IMG/VR virus record: IMGVR_UViG_3300037295_000333
Location: 1 to 64,000 of that record
DNA: 64,000 nucleotides
Strand: one strand, 5' to 3'
From: a virus
Lineage: Duplodnaviria; Caudoviricetes
Part shown: positions 49,544 to 58,864 of the stretch, in pieces
How positions within the stretch are numbered: the stretch's first letter is position 1
Layout: every line of letters begins with the position of its first letter
The notes under the pieces: model-generated
Seen by the model: the letters and a program-made list of their open reading frames with translations, nothing else
Databases searched by the model: none
Told to the model about the DNA's origin: nothing
Program-made: the position numbers and the translations under genes

Positions 49544-51391
49544 TTATCTTGTTTGATGATTAGACATTGAAATGCTTGAAAGAGTTACTGAAAAATCTCC
49601 ACCATTTGCAGTATTTTGAAGTGGTGTGGTAGCTGATGAAAGTTTCATTACTTCAAGCCTTGATGTTCCATTTTCAGCATATAAAACTATTGGCGATGAA
49701 TGTATGCCCATCATTGATTTCATTTCTAATAAATTTAAGTTTAAAGCTTTTAAGTCTAAACTGTATGAAGAGGAAACTGACGTATAGTTCAATGGCACGT
49801 ATGTTTTACCTCCTAATTTATTTGTACTTTCGAATAAACCTCCTTGTATCATTCCATTTTCTGATCTTGAGTAATTCTTTTTACTCAAATCCATTCCCCA
49901 AAACATCCAGCCTGAAAATCTACTTTTAAAATAAATGAACCCTCCACAAGACTCTTTACCATTTCCTAATATTTGCGTATTTTTTGGAGTTATTGTATTT
50001 GTTGACCCCAAAATAGTTGAAACTCCTTCAGGCGTTATTTTTGAAACATTATTAGATGTAGCATTAGCTGTATAAATATTTCCACTTGTATCAATTGTTA
50101 TACCTTGAGGGTTTGTTCCCGTTGTTCCCAAAATAGTTGAAACGCCTTCAGGCGTTATTTTTGAAACGTTATTTGAACTGATATTTGAAGTATAAATGTT
50201 ATTTGAGCTATCAATTGTAATTGCTTGTGGCAAATCTCCAGTTGTTCCTAAAATAGTTGAAACGCCTTCAGGAGTTATTTTTGAAACGTTATTTGAATTA
50301 TAATTGGCGGTATAAATGTTATTTGAGCTATCAACTGTAATTGCGGTTGGGTTTATTTCTGTATTTCCCAAAATAGTTGAAACTCCTTCAGGCGTTATTT
50401 TTGAAACGTTATTTGAATTATAATTGGCGGTATAAATGTTATTTGAGATATCAATTGTAATTGCTTGTGGCAAATCTCCAGTTGTTCCTAAAATAGTTGA
50501 AACTCCTTCAGGCGTTATTTTTGAAACATTATTAGATGTAGCATTAGCTGTATAAATATTTCCACTTGTATCAATTGTTATACCTTGAGGGTTTGTTCCC
50601 GTTGTTCCCAAAATAGTTGAAACGCCTTCAGGCGTTATTTTTGAAACGTTATTATATGTAGCATTAGCTGTATAAATATTTCCACTTGTATCAATTGTTA
50701 TACCTTGAGGGTTTGTTCCCGTTGTTCCCAAAATAGAAAAAAACTCACTTGGAGTTATTTTAGTTACGTTGTTCGAAACTGAATTTGAAGTGTAAATATT
50801 TCCATTTGTATCAATTGTTATACCTTGAGGACTTAATCCTAAAAATGTATTACCATTTAAAAATGAAAGTTCCGTTTTTATTAATTTTGTATTAAATTTT
50901 AAAGCTAAGCTTTCAATGCTAATGCCATATAAATCAAATTCCGTTAAAGGTTGTGTTTTTTCTACTTTTGGAATAAAATCAATATATTCCCTTCCACCAT
51001 TTAAAGGAAATTTTTGTATTGCAGTAGGATTTGAAGTAGTGTCAGTATATATTAGATACTTGTAGTAAAATTTTGATGTTGTTGTATTGCTTGCTAAAAT
51101 GTCTGAAAAATCAGAAATTTTATAAATATCTGAATCATGCAATTGTCTTGTAATTTCCATTAAGTCAAATGATACTGAAATTCCTGAATTAATATCAAAA
51201 TCTGCATACTTCACTTGTGTACTATTTAATGTTTGATTTTCCGCATTGTAAATCTCTATATCTATATACATTTTATTTGCTAGCAAATTGCTTTCAATGA
51301 CATTAATTCTTAACGGCTCATATATATAACAGTAAGTTAATGTTGATGTTGCCTCTTGTCCTATTATTTCCGTGTTAATTGTTATTGCCAT
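49544..51391 (-). CDS. structural protein with inserted NHL/Vgb-like beta-propeller
   Basis: Seven 40-aa repeats, PQGITIDTSGNIYTANATSNNVSKITPEGVSTILGTTGTN. Confidence 0.75.
   Translation of the reverse strand: MAITINTEIIGQEATSTLTYCYIYEPLRINVIESNLLANKMYIDIEIYNAENQTLNSTQVKYADFDINSGISVSFDLMEITRQLHDSDIYKISDFSDILASNTTTSKFYYKYLIYTDTTSNPTAIQKFPLNGGREYIDFIPKVEKTQPLTEFDLYGISIESLALKFNTKLIKTELSFLNGNTFLGLSPQGITIDTNGNIYTSNSVSNNVTKITPSEFFSILGTTGTNPQGITIDTSGNIYTANATYNNVSKITPEGVSTILGTTGTNPQGITIDTSGNIYTANATSNNVSKITPEGVSTILGTTGDLPQAITIDISNNIYTANYNSNNVSKITPEGVSTILGNTEINPTAITVDSSNNIYTANYNSNNVSKITPEGVSTILGTTGDLPQAITIDSSNNIYTSNISSNNVSKITPEGVSTILGTTGTNPQGITIDTSGNIYTANATSNNVSKITPEGVSTILGSTNTITPKNTQILGNGKESCGGFIYFKSRFSGWMFWGMDLSKKNYSRSENGMIQGGLFESTNKLGGKTYVPLNYTSVSSSYSLDLKALNLNLLEMKSMMGIHSSPIVLYAENGTSRLEVMKLSSATTPLQNTANGGDFSVTLSSISMSNHQTR
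50000..50835 (-). repeat. 7 x 120-bp coding tandem repeat
   Basis: 120-nt periodicity; several units are nearly identical at the DNA level. Confidence 0.95.
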
Positions 51392-51403
51392 GTTTTTTAA
51401 TTT

Positions 51404-51550
51404 TTATCCGAATTTTGAGCCAAAATTATTTAGCCAATCTTTTCTTTTGTTACAGTTACATCCTTTTTCTTTTGCTATTTTTGCTAGTGTTGGTACAACG
51501 GTTTCAATTATCTTTTCTACCGTGTCACCTAGCTTCAATTTTTGTTTCAT
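51404..51550 (-). CDS. small Cys-containing phage protein (48 aa)
   Basis: MKQKLKLGDTVEKII...GCNCNKRKDWLN; manual translation. Confidence 0.65.
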   Translation of the reverse strand: MKQKLKLGDTVEKIIETVVPTLAKIAKEKGCNCNKRKDWLNNFGSKFG

Positions 51551-51570
51551 TTTTTATTATTTTATTTGTT

Positions 51571-51592
51571 GAGGCAAGGGAATCGAACCCAA
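51571..51592 (-). other. isolated tRNA T-loop-like element
   Basis: GGG-TTCGATT-CCC then TTGCCTC; no other arms. Confidence 0.35.
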
Positions 51593-51614
51593 TTTAAATT
51601 ACCAAATACCCCAA

Positions 51615-52073
51615 TTATTTTGCATACTTTTTAAAGTCAAACAAATTTTCTTTAACCACTTTGTTGATTTCTTTTTGAATATTAATTTTTACAGAATCTC
51701 CTAGTTTTTTATTAAATTGTAAAAAGTTTTCTGCAATAGCTTCTTCCAGTGCATTTGGTGCATTTTTTACAAAGTTTTTTGTACCCTTTTTCCCTATACT
51801 GGCTTGAATTGCAAATGCAGTTCCTCGTTCACTTAGTCCTTCAAATTTTATATTCTCTTTTTTTACAAATTGTAATATATTGTCAAAGGGAGGTCTCTTT
51901 CCTGGTCCACGACCATATACCGCAAACTGAATGTGAGATGGTGTTAATAATATTACCTTACTTTCACTTACAACTATTTTACCTTTGTTTGAAGTTTTTT
52001 TGTCTAAAATTGCAGTAGTCATTTGTAAAAATTCTTTTGCAATTTCTATAAATCCTATATCTATCCTAGCCAT
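51615..52073 (-). CDS. neck/tail-completion-like protein
   Basis: YGRGPGKRPP...I..W/F motif; position in the module. Confidence 0.5.
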   Translation of the reverse strand: MARIDIGFIEIAKEFLQMTTAILDKKTSNKGKIVVSESKVILLTPSHIQFAVYGRGPGKRPPFDNILQFVKKENIKFEGLSERGTAFAIQASIGKKGTKNFVKNAPNALEEAIAENFLQFNKKLGDSVKINIQKEINKVVKENLFDFKKYAK

Positions 52074-52074
52074 A

Positions 52075-52527
52075 TTAACAGTTTACCGTATTGGAAATTT
52101 CAGTATTCATAGTCCATTTACATAAAACTCCACTATGCTTACCTGCCCCATGAGCAGGAACTAACTTATAACTTGCATTTGTAATTGAAGGTGAAGTACT
52201 TCTTTGAAAAGGAATTAATTTATCATAAAGTTTTTGTAAAAACAATTGAAATAAACTTCCCATTTGTTGACTTGCAAGTTCTAAATCATTTTTTTTCATA
52301 CTCTCTGCTTTTTTAACTAGCAATGCCGTAATTACTGAAGATGGATTTTCTAAAAATCCATTTGAATCAAAGCTTAAAACAGTATCAATGTCCCAAGAAA
52401 TTAGAAAAACTGGAGAATCTTCCTCTCTAGTTAGTGCATTTAATTGCGTTTCAATTCTTTCATAACTATTTGTAAAGACTGCACTTACACCTACTTCTAG
52501 TGCAGCCTCTTTAATTAATTCTATCAT
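52075..52527 (-). CDS. putative tail terminator/structural protein
   Basis: Position and size. Confidence 0.4.
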   Translation of the reverse strand: MIELIKEAALEVGVSAVFTNSYERIETQLNALTREEDSPVFLISWDIDTVLSFDSNGFLENPSSVITALLVKKAESMKKNDLELASQQMGSLFQLFLQKLYDKLIPFQRSTSPSITNASYKLVPAHGAGKHSGVLCKWTMNTEISNTVNC

Positions 52528-52531
52528 ATAA

Positions 52532-53185
52532 TCATTTTATTTGATTTACTGTAGATGCGGTTAAAAATCCTAAAAAGAATATAGCAACTTTGGATTCATA
52601 CCATTTTACATCTTCCTTTCTTTCATAATACTTTCCACCTACAACAGTAACATTTTTATTTGAATGAACCTCATCTAGTGTATAGGTCTTTTTGCCTAAA
52701 AACCACTTTCTCTTCATTCCTTCAATTCTATATACCGTATCGACTATTTTAAAATCTTTTAATACAAAATCTTTTTCCGTACTTTTGTAACTAAATGAAT
52801 AATCTTTATTAATTACTTCTCCAGTTACTTTAAATGGAATTTTTATTGTATCTTTGTACTTTATGACAATTGAGTCGTATTTTGTTTCTTGTATACTTTC
52901 ACTAAAAGTATTTACTTTTTCAAACTTATTTCTAAGCAGTTTAAGGCTTGAATTTTTTTCATCTATAAGTTTGTTAAGTTCTTTAACTTTTAGTTCAGCA
53001 CGTGCCATAGATGCTACTTGAGTACCATCTTTTAACTCATACTTTACTAATTCAATTTTAGCATTATTTATTTTTAGATTTGCATTTTTAGCTAAACTAT
53101 TTTGAATATAAATTATTGCACAAAGAGAGAGTAAAACTAATAGTAAAATAAATTTTTTTTTAATCCAATTTTGAACGTCTTTCAT
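52532..53185 (-). CDS. spanin-like membrane/coiled-coil lysis protein
   Basis: N-terminal TM, coiled coil, C-terminal KWYE...TM. Overlaps the endolysin 3' end. Start revised to MKDVQNW. Confidence 0.5.
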   Translation of the reverse strand: MKDVQNWIKKKFILLLVLLSLCAIIYIQNSLAKNANLKINNAKIELVKYELKDGTQVASMARAELKVKELNKLIDEKNSSLKLLRNKFEKVNTFSESIQETKYDSIVIKYKDTIKIPFKVTGEVINKDYSFSYKSTEKDFVLKDFKIVDTVYRIEGMKRKWFLGKKTYTLDEVHSNKNVTVVGGKYYERKEDVKWYESKVAIFFLGFLTASTVNQIK

Positions 53186-53744
53186 AAATTTCCTTTCTAT
53201 CTTTAAAACCATTTGCATCGCCATATCTTTGCGTTTGTCTCCCTATGTTTACAATATCACTTATAGAATCAAGGTCATTTAGGTCAGCAAACTTATTTAA
53301 ATTATTTACCTTCCAATACCACAGTGAACTAATGAGTGCATCGGCTTCTGTTTCTAAAAGTTCAGGATTTTTTAAATAATCAATTTTAGTATCTTTACTT
53401 AATTTTGTAAAATTATTTTTACCTGTAATTCCAATAAATCCACCTGCTCTATACTTCCACCCATCGCCACTTTCTTCATCGCCATTACCCATTCTATTTG
53501 CATAAACATAATTTGCCATTTTTTCAGAATTCCTCAAATAAGAAGAAACAAACAAATTAGTTTTGCCTTTAAATGGTGTATAAAAAATTTCTTTTGCCTG
53601 CTTAATTGTTGTGTAGTATGTATCTTCTCTAACTGGTTTTAAATTACTTTCATGCTCCAATTGTGTCATTAAGTGGTTGTACCTAAGTTTTGTGTTAATG
53701 TAAAAAGACTCCAAAAGACTTTTGTATTTTTCTCTAAATTCCAT
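53160..53744 (-). CDS. GH19-family endolysin
   Basis: QLEHES...YANRMGNGDEESGDGWKYR.GGFIGITGKNN...WYW. Confidence 0.88.
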   Translation of the reverse strand: MEFREKYKSLLESFYINTKLRYNHLMTQLEHESNLKPVREDTYYTTIKQAKEIFYTPFKGKTNLFVSSYLRNSEKMANYVYANRMGNGDEESGDGWKYRAGGFIGITGKNNFTKLSKDTKIDYLKNPELLETEADALISSLWYWKVNNLNKFADLNDLDSISDIVNIGRQTQRYGDANGFKDRKEIYERRSKLD

Positions 53745-53754
53745 TTTTTAATTT

Positions 53755-54276
53755 TTAAGTGAACGAAAAAGTGGCAATTATATCTCCTGATAAAATTGTT
53801 CCTGAGTTTCCATCTGATGCACCCGAGGTAATTGCAAAAGCCAAACCTAAACTAAAATTAATTCCAACTAAGGCGGGCACCGTAAATCCACACTGTCCAG
53901 ATGGCAATGGTATTGTAATTAAAGGTATGTCTACCCCTACATTGGGTGCAGTTGCCTTGTTGTATAGTTTAAAAAACTTTATTGTTGCAGATGTGTTTAC
54001 AACAAATAAGTTGCTTAAATTACTTTTTCCTGTTTTTATTAAATTTGAATTGCTTCCTGCTGCAGAAATAAAATTCTCATATATCTGTGGGCTGTCACTT
54101 TGATTTACAACTTTAATTGATTTAATTTCTCCTCCATTTGAACCAGTATCAAATCCTGTATTTTTCTCTATAAATTTTTCAAAATCAATTTTTGTAAAAG
54201 CTACATTATTAATATCTACAATTTCATTTAACCTTATGGATAAAATGGCTCCCCCTAATTTAAAAATAGTGTACAT
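53755..54276 (-). CDS. virion-associated protein (5' end possibly disrupted, true start may be 54395)
   Basis: FFKLYNKATAPNVGVDIP domain; the upstream frame continues past a TGA and a -1 shift. Confidence 0.6.
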   Translation of the reverse strand: MYTIFKLGGAILSIRLNEIVDINNVAFTKIDFEKFIEKNTGFDTGSNGGEIKSIKVVNQSDSPQIYENFISAAGSNSNLIKTGKSNLSNLFVVNTSATIKFFKLYNKATAPNVGVDIPLITIPLPSGQCGFTVPALVGINFSLGLAFAITSGASDGNSGTILSGDIIATFSFT

Positions 54277-54412
54277 ATCTACATCTTGATCGTATTTAAA
54301 AAATTCAAAATTAGATTTTCATCCTGATATTACATCATTATTTATTGTGTCAACTATATATAAATAGTTTCCATTTGTGTATACTTTTTTGCCATTTTAT
54401 TAAATTATTTTG

Positions 54413-55141
54413 TTATCTTTGTCTTTTCATTCTATCCTCAGCAATTTTTGTCATAAGGTGTTGTATATGCGCTTGCTTTGCCTTAGATAAACTATTTATT
54501 TGAGTGAGTCCATAATCAAATTGTAGTGCCTCATTAAATTTTAAATTAAAGTCTGTACAAATACTTTTAATTGTATTTATAACATTAAATTGATTCATAC
54601 CTTCTCCCCCTGCAGATGAATAGTCTTTATCGGGAAACTCAACTTCAAAAAATAGTTTTTTCCAATTCAATTCTGACTGTTCAAGCGAACTATCAATCCA
54701 ATTATATAGCCCTAGCATGTCAAATAGGTTCTCATCTAGTATTTTTTCTCTAAAATTTTTGAACTCTATGGAATCAATGTCAAAATCTTGCTCATTGTTG
54801 GAGCTAAAACAGACAATTGATATAATTTCTGTCATCAATTGTCCTATTTTTTCTTCCGAATTGTCTTTTCCAAGCAATGTTTGCAACTCCATCATGGCAA
54901 TAAAGGTAATATTGTCCACGTTTTGAGGCTTTTTTATTAAACTTTCCTCGTTTACCCTAGCTTTTTTAGGATCAATTTGTTTAATTTCCTCAATTTGAGC
55001 CTGCATTTTTCGAAAAAATCTAATAAAATCAAATATTTTCCAAAATTTCCACCTATTGTAAGTGTAAACCTCCTTCATAATTTTATTAAAATCTACTTTT
55101 TCCTCACATATTTGGTCTAAAAACCTTAATTTGTATATCAT
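54413..55141 (-). CDS. hypothetical protein (possible assembly chaperone)
   Basis: ORF track; start of the late operon. Confidence 0.55.
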   Translation of the reverse strand: MIYKLRFLDQICEEKVDFNKIMKEVYTYNRWKFWKIFDFIRFFRKMQAQIEEIKQIDPKKARVNEESLIKKPQNVDNITFIAMMELQTLLGKDNSEEKIGQLMTEIISIVCFSSNNEQDFDIDSIEFKNFREKILDENLFDMLGLYNWIDSSLEQSELNWKKLFFEVEFPDKDYSSAGGEGMNQFNVINTIKSICTDFNLKFNEALQFDYGLTQINSLSKAKQAHIQHLMTKIAEDRMKRQR

Positions 55142-55642
55142 TTAGTCTAAAAAATCATCTAACATAATGAGAAGTTCAGCTTGTTTTTCAAAAAGTAACG
55201 TTCTATGCAATGGTGTAGCTTGATATAGGTTACATATAATAAGTTCAAGATTCTCTTCTATTTCTTCTTTGGTATAATTGTGTGCTACTTTTTCTTTAGT
55301 ATCTTCTTCTTTAGTTTGGCTTTCATCTATTACAATTTCCTCAACTACCTCTATTTCTTTAAATGAAGCGTCTGTAATCAATTCTTTTTCTTTTTCTTCC
55401 TCTAGCTTGCTTTTAACAATTGGGTCGCTCAAATCAATTCCTTTTGCTTCAATAGCTTTCACCTCTTCTAATCTTTGCAAAGCTAGATTTATTAAATCTA
55501 CTTTTTTCTTTCCTTGATGCCACACCTCAGGGATGCCCAACTCAGTAAACTTTTCCTTCAAGTCTCCATAAGCCACTGCTTCCAATTCTAATTTTTGATC
55601 CAATGCTCTTTGGTATTCAATTTGTTCTAATGCTTTACTCAT
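55142..55642 (-). CDS. hypothetical acidic protein
   Basis: ORF track; TAAATG junction with the next gene. Confidence 0.6.
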   Translation of the reverse strand: MSKALEQIEYQRALDQKLELEAVAYGDLKEKFTELGIPEVWHQGKKKVDLINLALQRLEEVKAIEAKGIDLSDPIVKSKLEEEKEKELITDASFKEIEVVEEIVIDESQTKEEDTKEKVAHNYTKEEIEENLELIICNLYQATPLHRTLLFEKQAELLIMLDDFLD

Positions 55643-55761
55643 AATATTTTGTTTTTAAATTATTTACTTATCTCTATTTTAAAGCCTGTATTTTTAGGTA
55701 TACGGCTTTGTTATTGTTTTTTGGTAATATATTACCACTTTATTTTTTTAATGCCTTAAAT

Positions 55762-55769
55762 CAAACGTA
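55762..55769 (-). promoter_or_regulatory. structural-operon promoter -7 element
   Basis: TACGTTTG; a perfect 16-bp palindrome TGGTAATATATTACCA lies downstream at 55722-55737. Confidence 0.5.
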
Positions 55770-55782
55770 TTGACTTTATGAC

Positions 55783-55821
55783 AAAAAGAAACCCACTCTA
55801 TTTTTAATAAAGTGGGTTTCT
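55783..55821 (-). terminator. intrinsic terminator
   Basis: AGAAACCCAC/GTGGGTTTCT stem plus T tract. Confidence 0.8.
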
Positions 55822-55990
55822 GCTATTGTTTTGTTTTTTAAAAATTTTTACCCTTTTAATTAATTTAATTGTATTTCAGTATTGTTAAAAATCTTGTATC
55901 CAATTTTTTTAAATGCTTTATATTGTTCAATTACCCAATCTTTATATAAACAATACTTTTAAAAACATTTTTAACAAAACTTTAACAAAT

Positions 55991-56191
55991 CTACCTTACT
56001 ATAAAAATTACATTTTTAGGAGCCATCTTTCGAAAAGAATCTTCCTCCTCTTTATTTTCTACAGTATGAAGTGTTACTTTGTATTTCTTTTGCTTTGTGT
56101 CTAAAACAAAGTTTATAAAATTGTCTTTTGCATCACATCTATATTCTCTTGCTTCCAACTCTCTTGGATAAATTTCTTTTTTCTTATTCAT
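55991..56191 (-). CDS. hypothetical protein
   Basis: ORF track. Confidence 0.55.
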   Translation of the reverse strand: MNKKKEIYPRELEAREYRCDAKDNFINFVLDTKQKKYKVTLHTVENKEEEDSFRKMAPKNVIFIVR

Positions 56192-56194
56192 GTC

Positions 56195-56443
56195 TTAAAA
56201 TTTTTTATTTAAATTGTCTTTTATGATAAAATCCATTTCATCAATAGGGATTGATATAAAGTTTAGCTCTATTTCATAATCACTAGAAAATATGCTTAAA
56301 TCAAAAATATGTTCCTTTACATATATTCTAGCTATTCTATCAAATAAAATACATCTGTAATAGTTAGTACTGATTTTTTGAAATCCGTATTTGTCTAAGA
56401 TATACAAATCAACTTCCGATATTTTATGCTCTGTATTTTTCAT
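56195..56443 (-). CDS. hypothetical protein
   Basis: ORF track. Confidence 0.55.
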   Translation of the reverse strand: MKNTEHKISEVDLYILDKYGFQKISTNYYRCILFDRIARIYVKEHIFDLSIFSSDYEIELNFISIPIDEMDFIIKDNLNKKF

Positions 56444-56458
56444 AACTTTTTTTTTTGA

Positions 56459-56532
56459 TAAAGAGTCAGGATTCGAACCTGAAAGAATTGGGGTTTTTGT
56501 CCACTCGTTTTGCCTACTTAAACTATCTCTCT
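56459..56532 (-). tRNA. degenerate tRNA-like element
   Basis: D arm GTTT/AAAC with a GG loop, T arm TCAGG-TTCGAAT-CCTGA, 6-bp acceptor. Anticodon stem has two mismatches and the loop lacks U33. Confidence 0.6.
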
Positions 56533-56538
56533 ATTTTT

Positions 56539-56612
56539 TGGACAAGGTGGGATTCAAGCCAACTTTATATTCAACGCTCATTGTCTCACATTTTAAGCGA
56601 CTCCCCGTGTCC
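56539..56612 (-). tRNA. highly degenerate tRNA-like element
   Basis: 74 nt; acceptor GGACACG/CTTGTCC (6 of 7 pairs); T-arm relic GTTGG-CTTGAAT-CCCAC. Confidence 0.4.
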
Positions 56613-56647
56613 TACGCTATATTGTGTATTTTAATAATTATTTTGAA

Positions 56648-56674
56648 CTTTGCCTTATCGACTTTACAAAGATA
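56648..56674 (-). promoter_or_regulatory. early promoter/leader cassette
   Basis: TATCTTTG-N8-ATAAGGCAAAG. Confidence 0.7.
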
Positions 56675-56720
56675 AGAAACTTTATTTAATAAACAATACT
56701 TTTTAAATATTATTTTTAAT

Positions 56721-57842
56721 CTATTTTAACATACATGGCATAATCAAAACCGTATGTAAAGATTCTTTCCCTTGTGGATGCATTAGCATAGCTCTATTTG
56801 GCAAAGAAAATTTTAATACAATAGTTTTTTCCTTTATATTTTTTAAGCCCGTTAAAAGAAGTTTATAATTCAATCCTATTGTAATGTTTTCGTCAATAAG
56901 TTTTTTGCAATGTAGACTATCATACATATCAATTTCATTTCCTTCGTATGTATGAATTTTCATTAGGTCTTTTACTATCTCTAATTTTACTATTGAAGTT
57001 ACTTTATTTGTAATTGCACCTATATTTTTTAAAGCAGTTTCAAATTCCTTTTTGTCTACATAAATTTCAATATTGTTTTCTTTTGGAATAACGGCTTCAT
57101 AGTTTGGATATTTCCCATCAATTACATTTGATCTAATTTCGTAGTCTTCAAATTTTAAATTAATTTCTTTACCGTTAAAATCAATTTTACAAATTCCCTT
57201 TTTCTTATTCGTTATTTGTTTCACGAATTTTAAAAATCCTATTGGTAAAATTATTTTTGATTCAATAGGCATTCCGTCTAGTGATTGAATTGTATCTTTG
57301 TATTTATATTGAATTAATTTGTGCGCATCTGTTGCAGCTAAAGTTAATTCTAAATCGTGAAAGTCAAATAATACTCCTGACATAACAGGTCTTAAATCAT
57401 CCTTTCCTGCAAATTCAATTGTTTGCGTTATTCCTTCATTCAGTTTTTCTGCATCCATTTCAAAAGAGTACATACTTTCTAAATCTTCTTTTATAAAAAC
57501 ATCAGCTTTTAATTCAGTGTTTAGTTTAAATGATTTTTCAAAGTATGAGAACGTACATTGTTTCTCTCCATTCTCAATTGTTAAATCTTGTTTTCCAATT
57601 GATTTTAAACAAGCAAACAGTTTCTTTGCATCTACCATGAAAGCATTGCTAGGATCACATACTGCCTCTACAGTGAATTGAAAGTATTGGTCTATGTTTC
57701 TTGTACTTAAAACAATTTGATTACCTTGTGCCTCTATTAATATGTTATCAAGGTCTGGATTCCTATTGCTTGCTTTTTGAATAGTTGTTACTAATTCTTT
57801 TACACCTTTCAATAATTCAATTGATTGTACTTGTATTTTCAT
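56721..57842 (-). CDS. dnaN: DNA polymerase III beta sliding clamp
   Basis: DDLRPVMSGV, AATDAHKL, IDGKYPNYEAVIP, IGLNYKLL and LIMP. Confidence 0.93.
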   Translation of the reverse strand: MKIQVQSIELLKGVKELVTTIQKASNRNPDLDNILIEAQGNQIVLSTRNIDQYFQFTVEAVCDPSNAFMVDAKKLFACLKSIGKQDLTIENGEKQCTFSYFEKSFKLNTELKADVFIKEDLESMYSFEMDAEKLNEGITQTIEFAGKDDLRPVMSGVLFDFHDLELTLAATDAHKLIQYKYKDTIQSLDGMPIESKIILPIGFLKFVKQITNKKKGICKIDFNGKEINLKFEDYEIRSNVIDGKYPNYEAVIPKENNIEIYVDKKEFETALKNIGAITNKVTSIVKLEIVKDLMKIHTYEGNEIDMYDSLHCKKLIDENITIGLNYKLLLTGLKNIKEKTIVLKFSLPNRAMLMHPQGKESLHTVLIMPCMLK

Positions 57843-57937
57843 CTTGTAATTTTATTATATGGTTTGGAAATATTTCCTTTGCAAAGTTAATTAAAAAAAT
57901 TGGTTATTCAATAATTTTTTAAATATTATTTAATAAA

Positions 57938-57965
57938 ATAAAAACCCCACTATTTCTAATGGGGC
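57938..57965 (-). terminator. intrinsic terminator
   Basis: CCCCA/TGGGG stem plus T tract. Confidence 0.75.
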
Positions 57966-58075
57966 TAATAGGTCTCAGTTACCTATCTTGCTATCTAAAG
58001 ATGTGCATTGTATTATAATCCCCAATACCTGGGTCGTAGCTTGATAGCATCCCTTAGCCGACTCTGATTATAAAT
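57940..58075 (-). ncRNA. candidate structured ncRNA ending at a terminator
   Basis: Locally GC-enriched and ORF-free, with several complementary helices (see findings). Confidence 0.35.
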
Positions 58076-58146
58076 AAAGAAAATGAAGGGCTATTAACAC
58101 GTCTATTAAATTATCGCCACGCATTAAGCTTTATTTGACATTATTT

Positions 58147-58440
58147 TTATAAACTTGTATATAGTCCTGTAGCTTCAGTAAACAAATTTTGTAACTGATC
58201 GCAATAAATATCTTCATAAAGTACTTTAACTTTCTTTTCAAAGTTTTTATTCATACTATAGAATTCCATTGTATATGTATCCATAGGCGTTAATATTATT
58301 TTTAAGTACTTTGCTTTGGACTTATTGGTTTGTATTGTCATATTGATACCATCACTATATGAACCAAAGTTTTTAGTTCCTGTCATTGCAATAAATTCTC
58401 TTCCTCCTAATTGTTCCAATATTGTTTTAGCTACTTCCAT
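58147..58440 (-). CDS. conserved early phage protein
   Basis: A.TIL.QLGG..F.AMTG...DTY...YCDQL...F...TGLYT.L pattern. Confidence 0.7.
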   Translation of the reverse strand: MEVAKTILEQLGGREFIAMTGTKNFGSYSDGINMTIQTNKSKAKYLKIILTPMDTYTMEFYSMNKNFEKKVKVLYEDIYCDQLQNLFTEATGLYTSL

Positions 58441-58467
58441 CTTTCTAATTTTAATAAAATTTAGTTT

Positions 58468-58677
58468 TTAATTATTTCTATTTAAAAATAATTTTGCATT
58501 TCTTTCAGCGTCTCCTAATCTTGCAAACATAGTTGTGAAAACTAATTTTCCATCTCTCTCCACTTTAAAGAAGGTTCTTTTTGTGCCCTCTTTTAATACC
58601 TTTGATACATTTACACTCTCACCTGTTTTTGGGTTGCTTATTTTAGATACTTTATTTAAGGTAGTGAAAGTTTTCAT
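58468..58677 (-). CDS. early hypothetical protein
   Basis: First ORF after the promoter at 58711. Confidence 0.65.
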   Translation of the reverse strand: MKTFTTLNKVSKISNPKTGESVNVSKVLKEGTKRTFFKVERDGKLVFTTMFARLGDAERNAKLFLNRNN

Positions 58678-58691
58678 AGTGTCTTTTTTTA

Positions 58692-58829
58692 CTTTGCCTT
58701 ATTGGCTCTACAAAGATACGAAACTTAATGAGAAATCAAATAAAGTTTAATGTTAAAATTTTGTTAAAAATTATTTTAAAAAATAATCAAATAAAAGTAT
58801 TGTTTATTAAATAAACATTCGTATCTTTG
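58692..58829. promoter_or_regulatory. divergent early promoters
   Basis: TATCTTTG on the minus strand (58711-58718) and on the plus strand (58822-58829), both preceded by CG. Confidence 0.75.
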
Positions 58830-58864
58830 TACCAGCAATAAAGCTAAACACTAAAACAAATATT

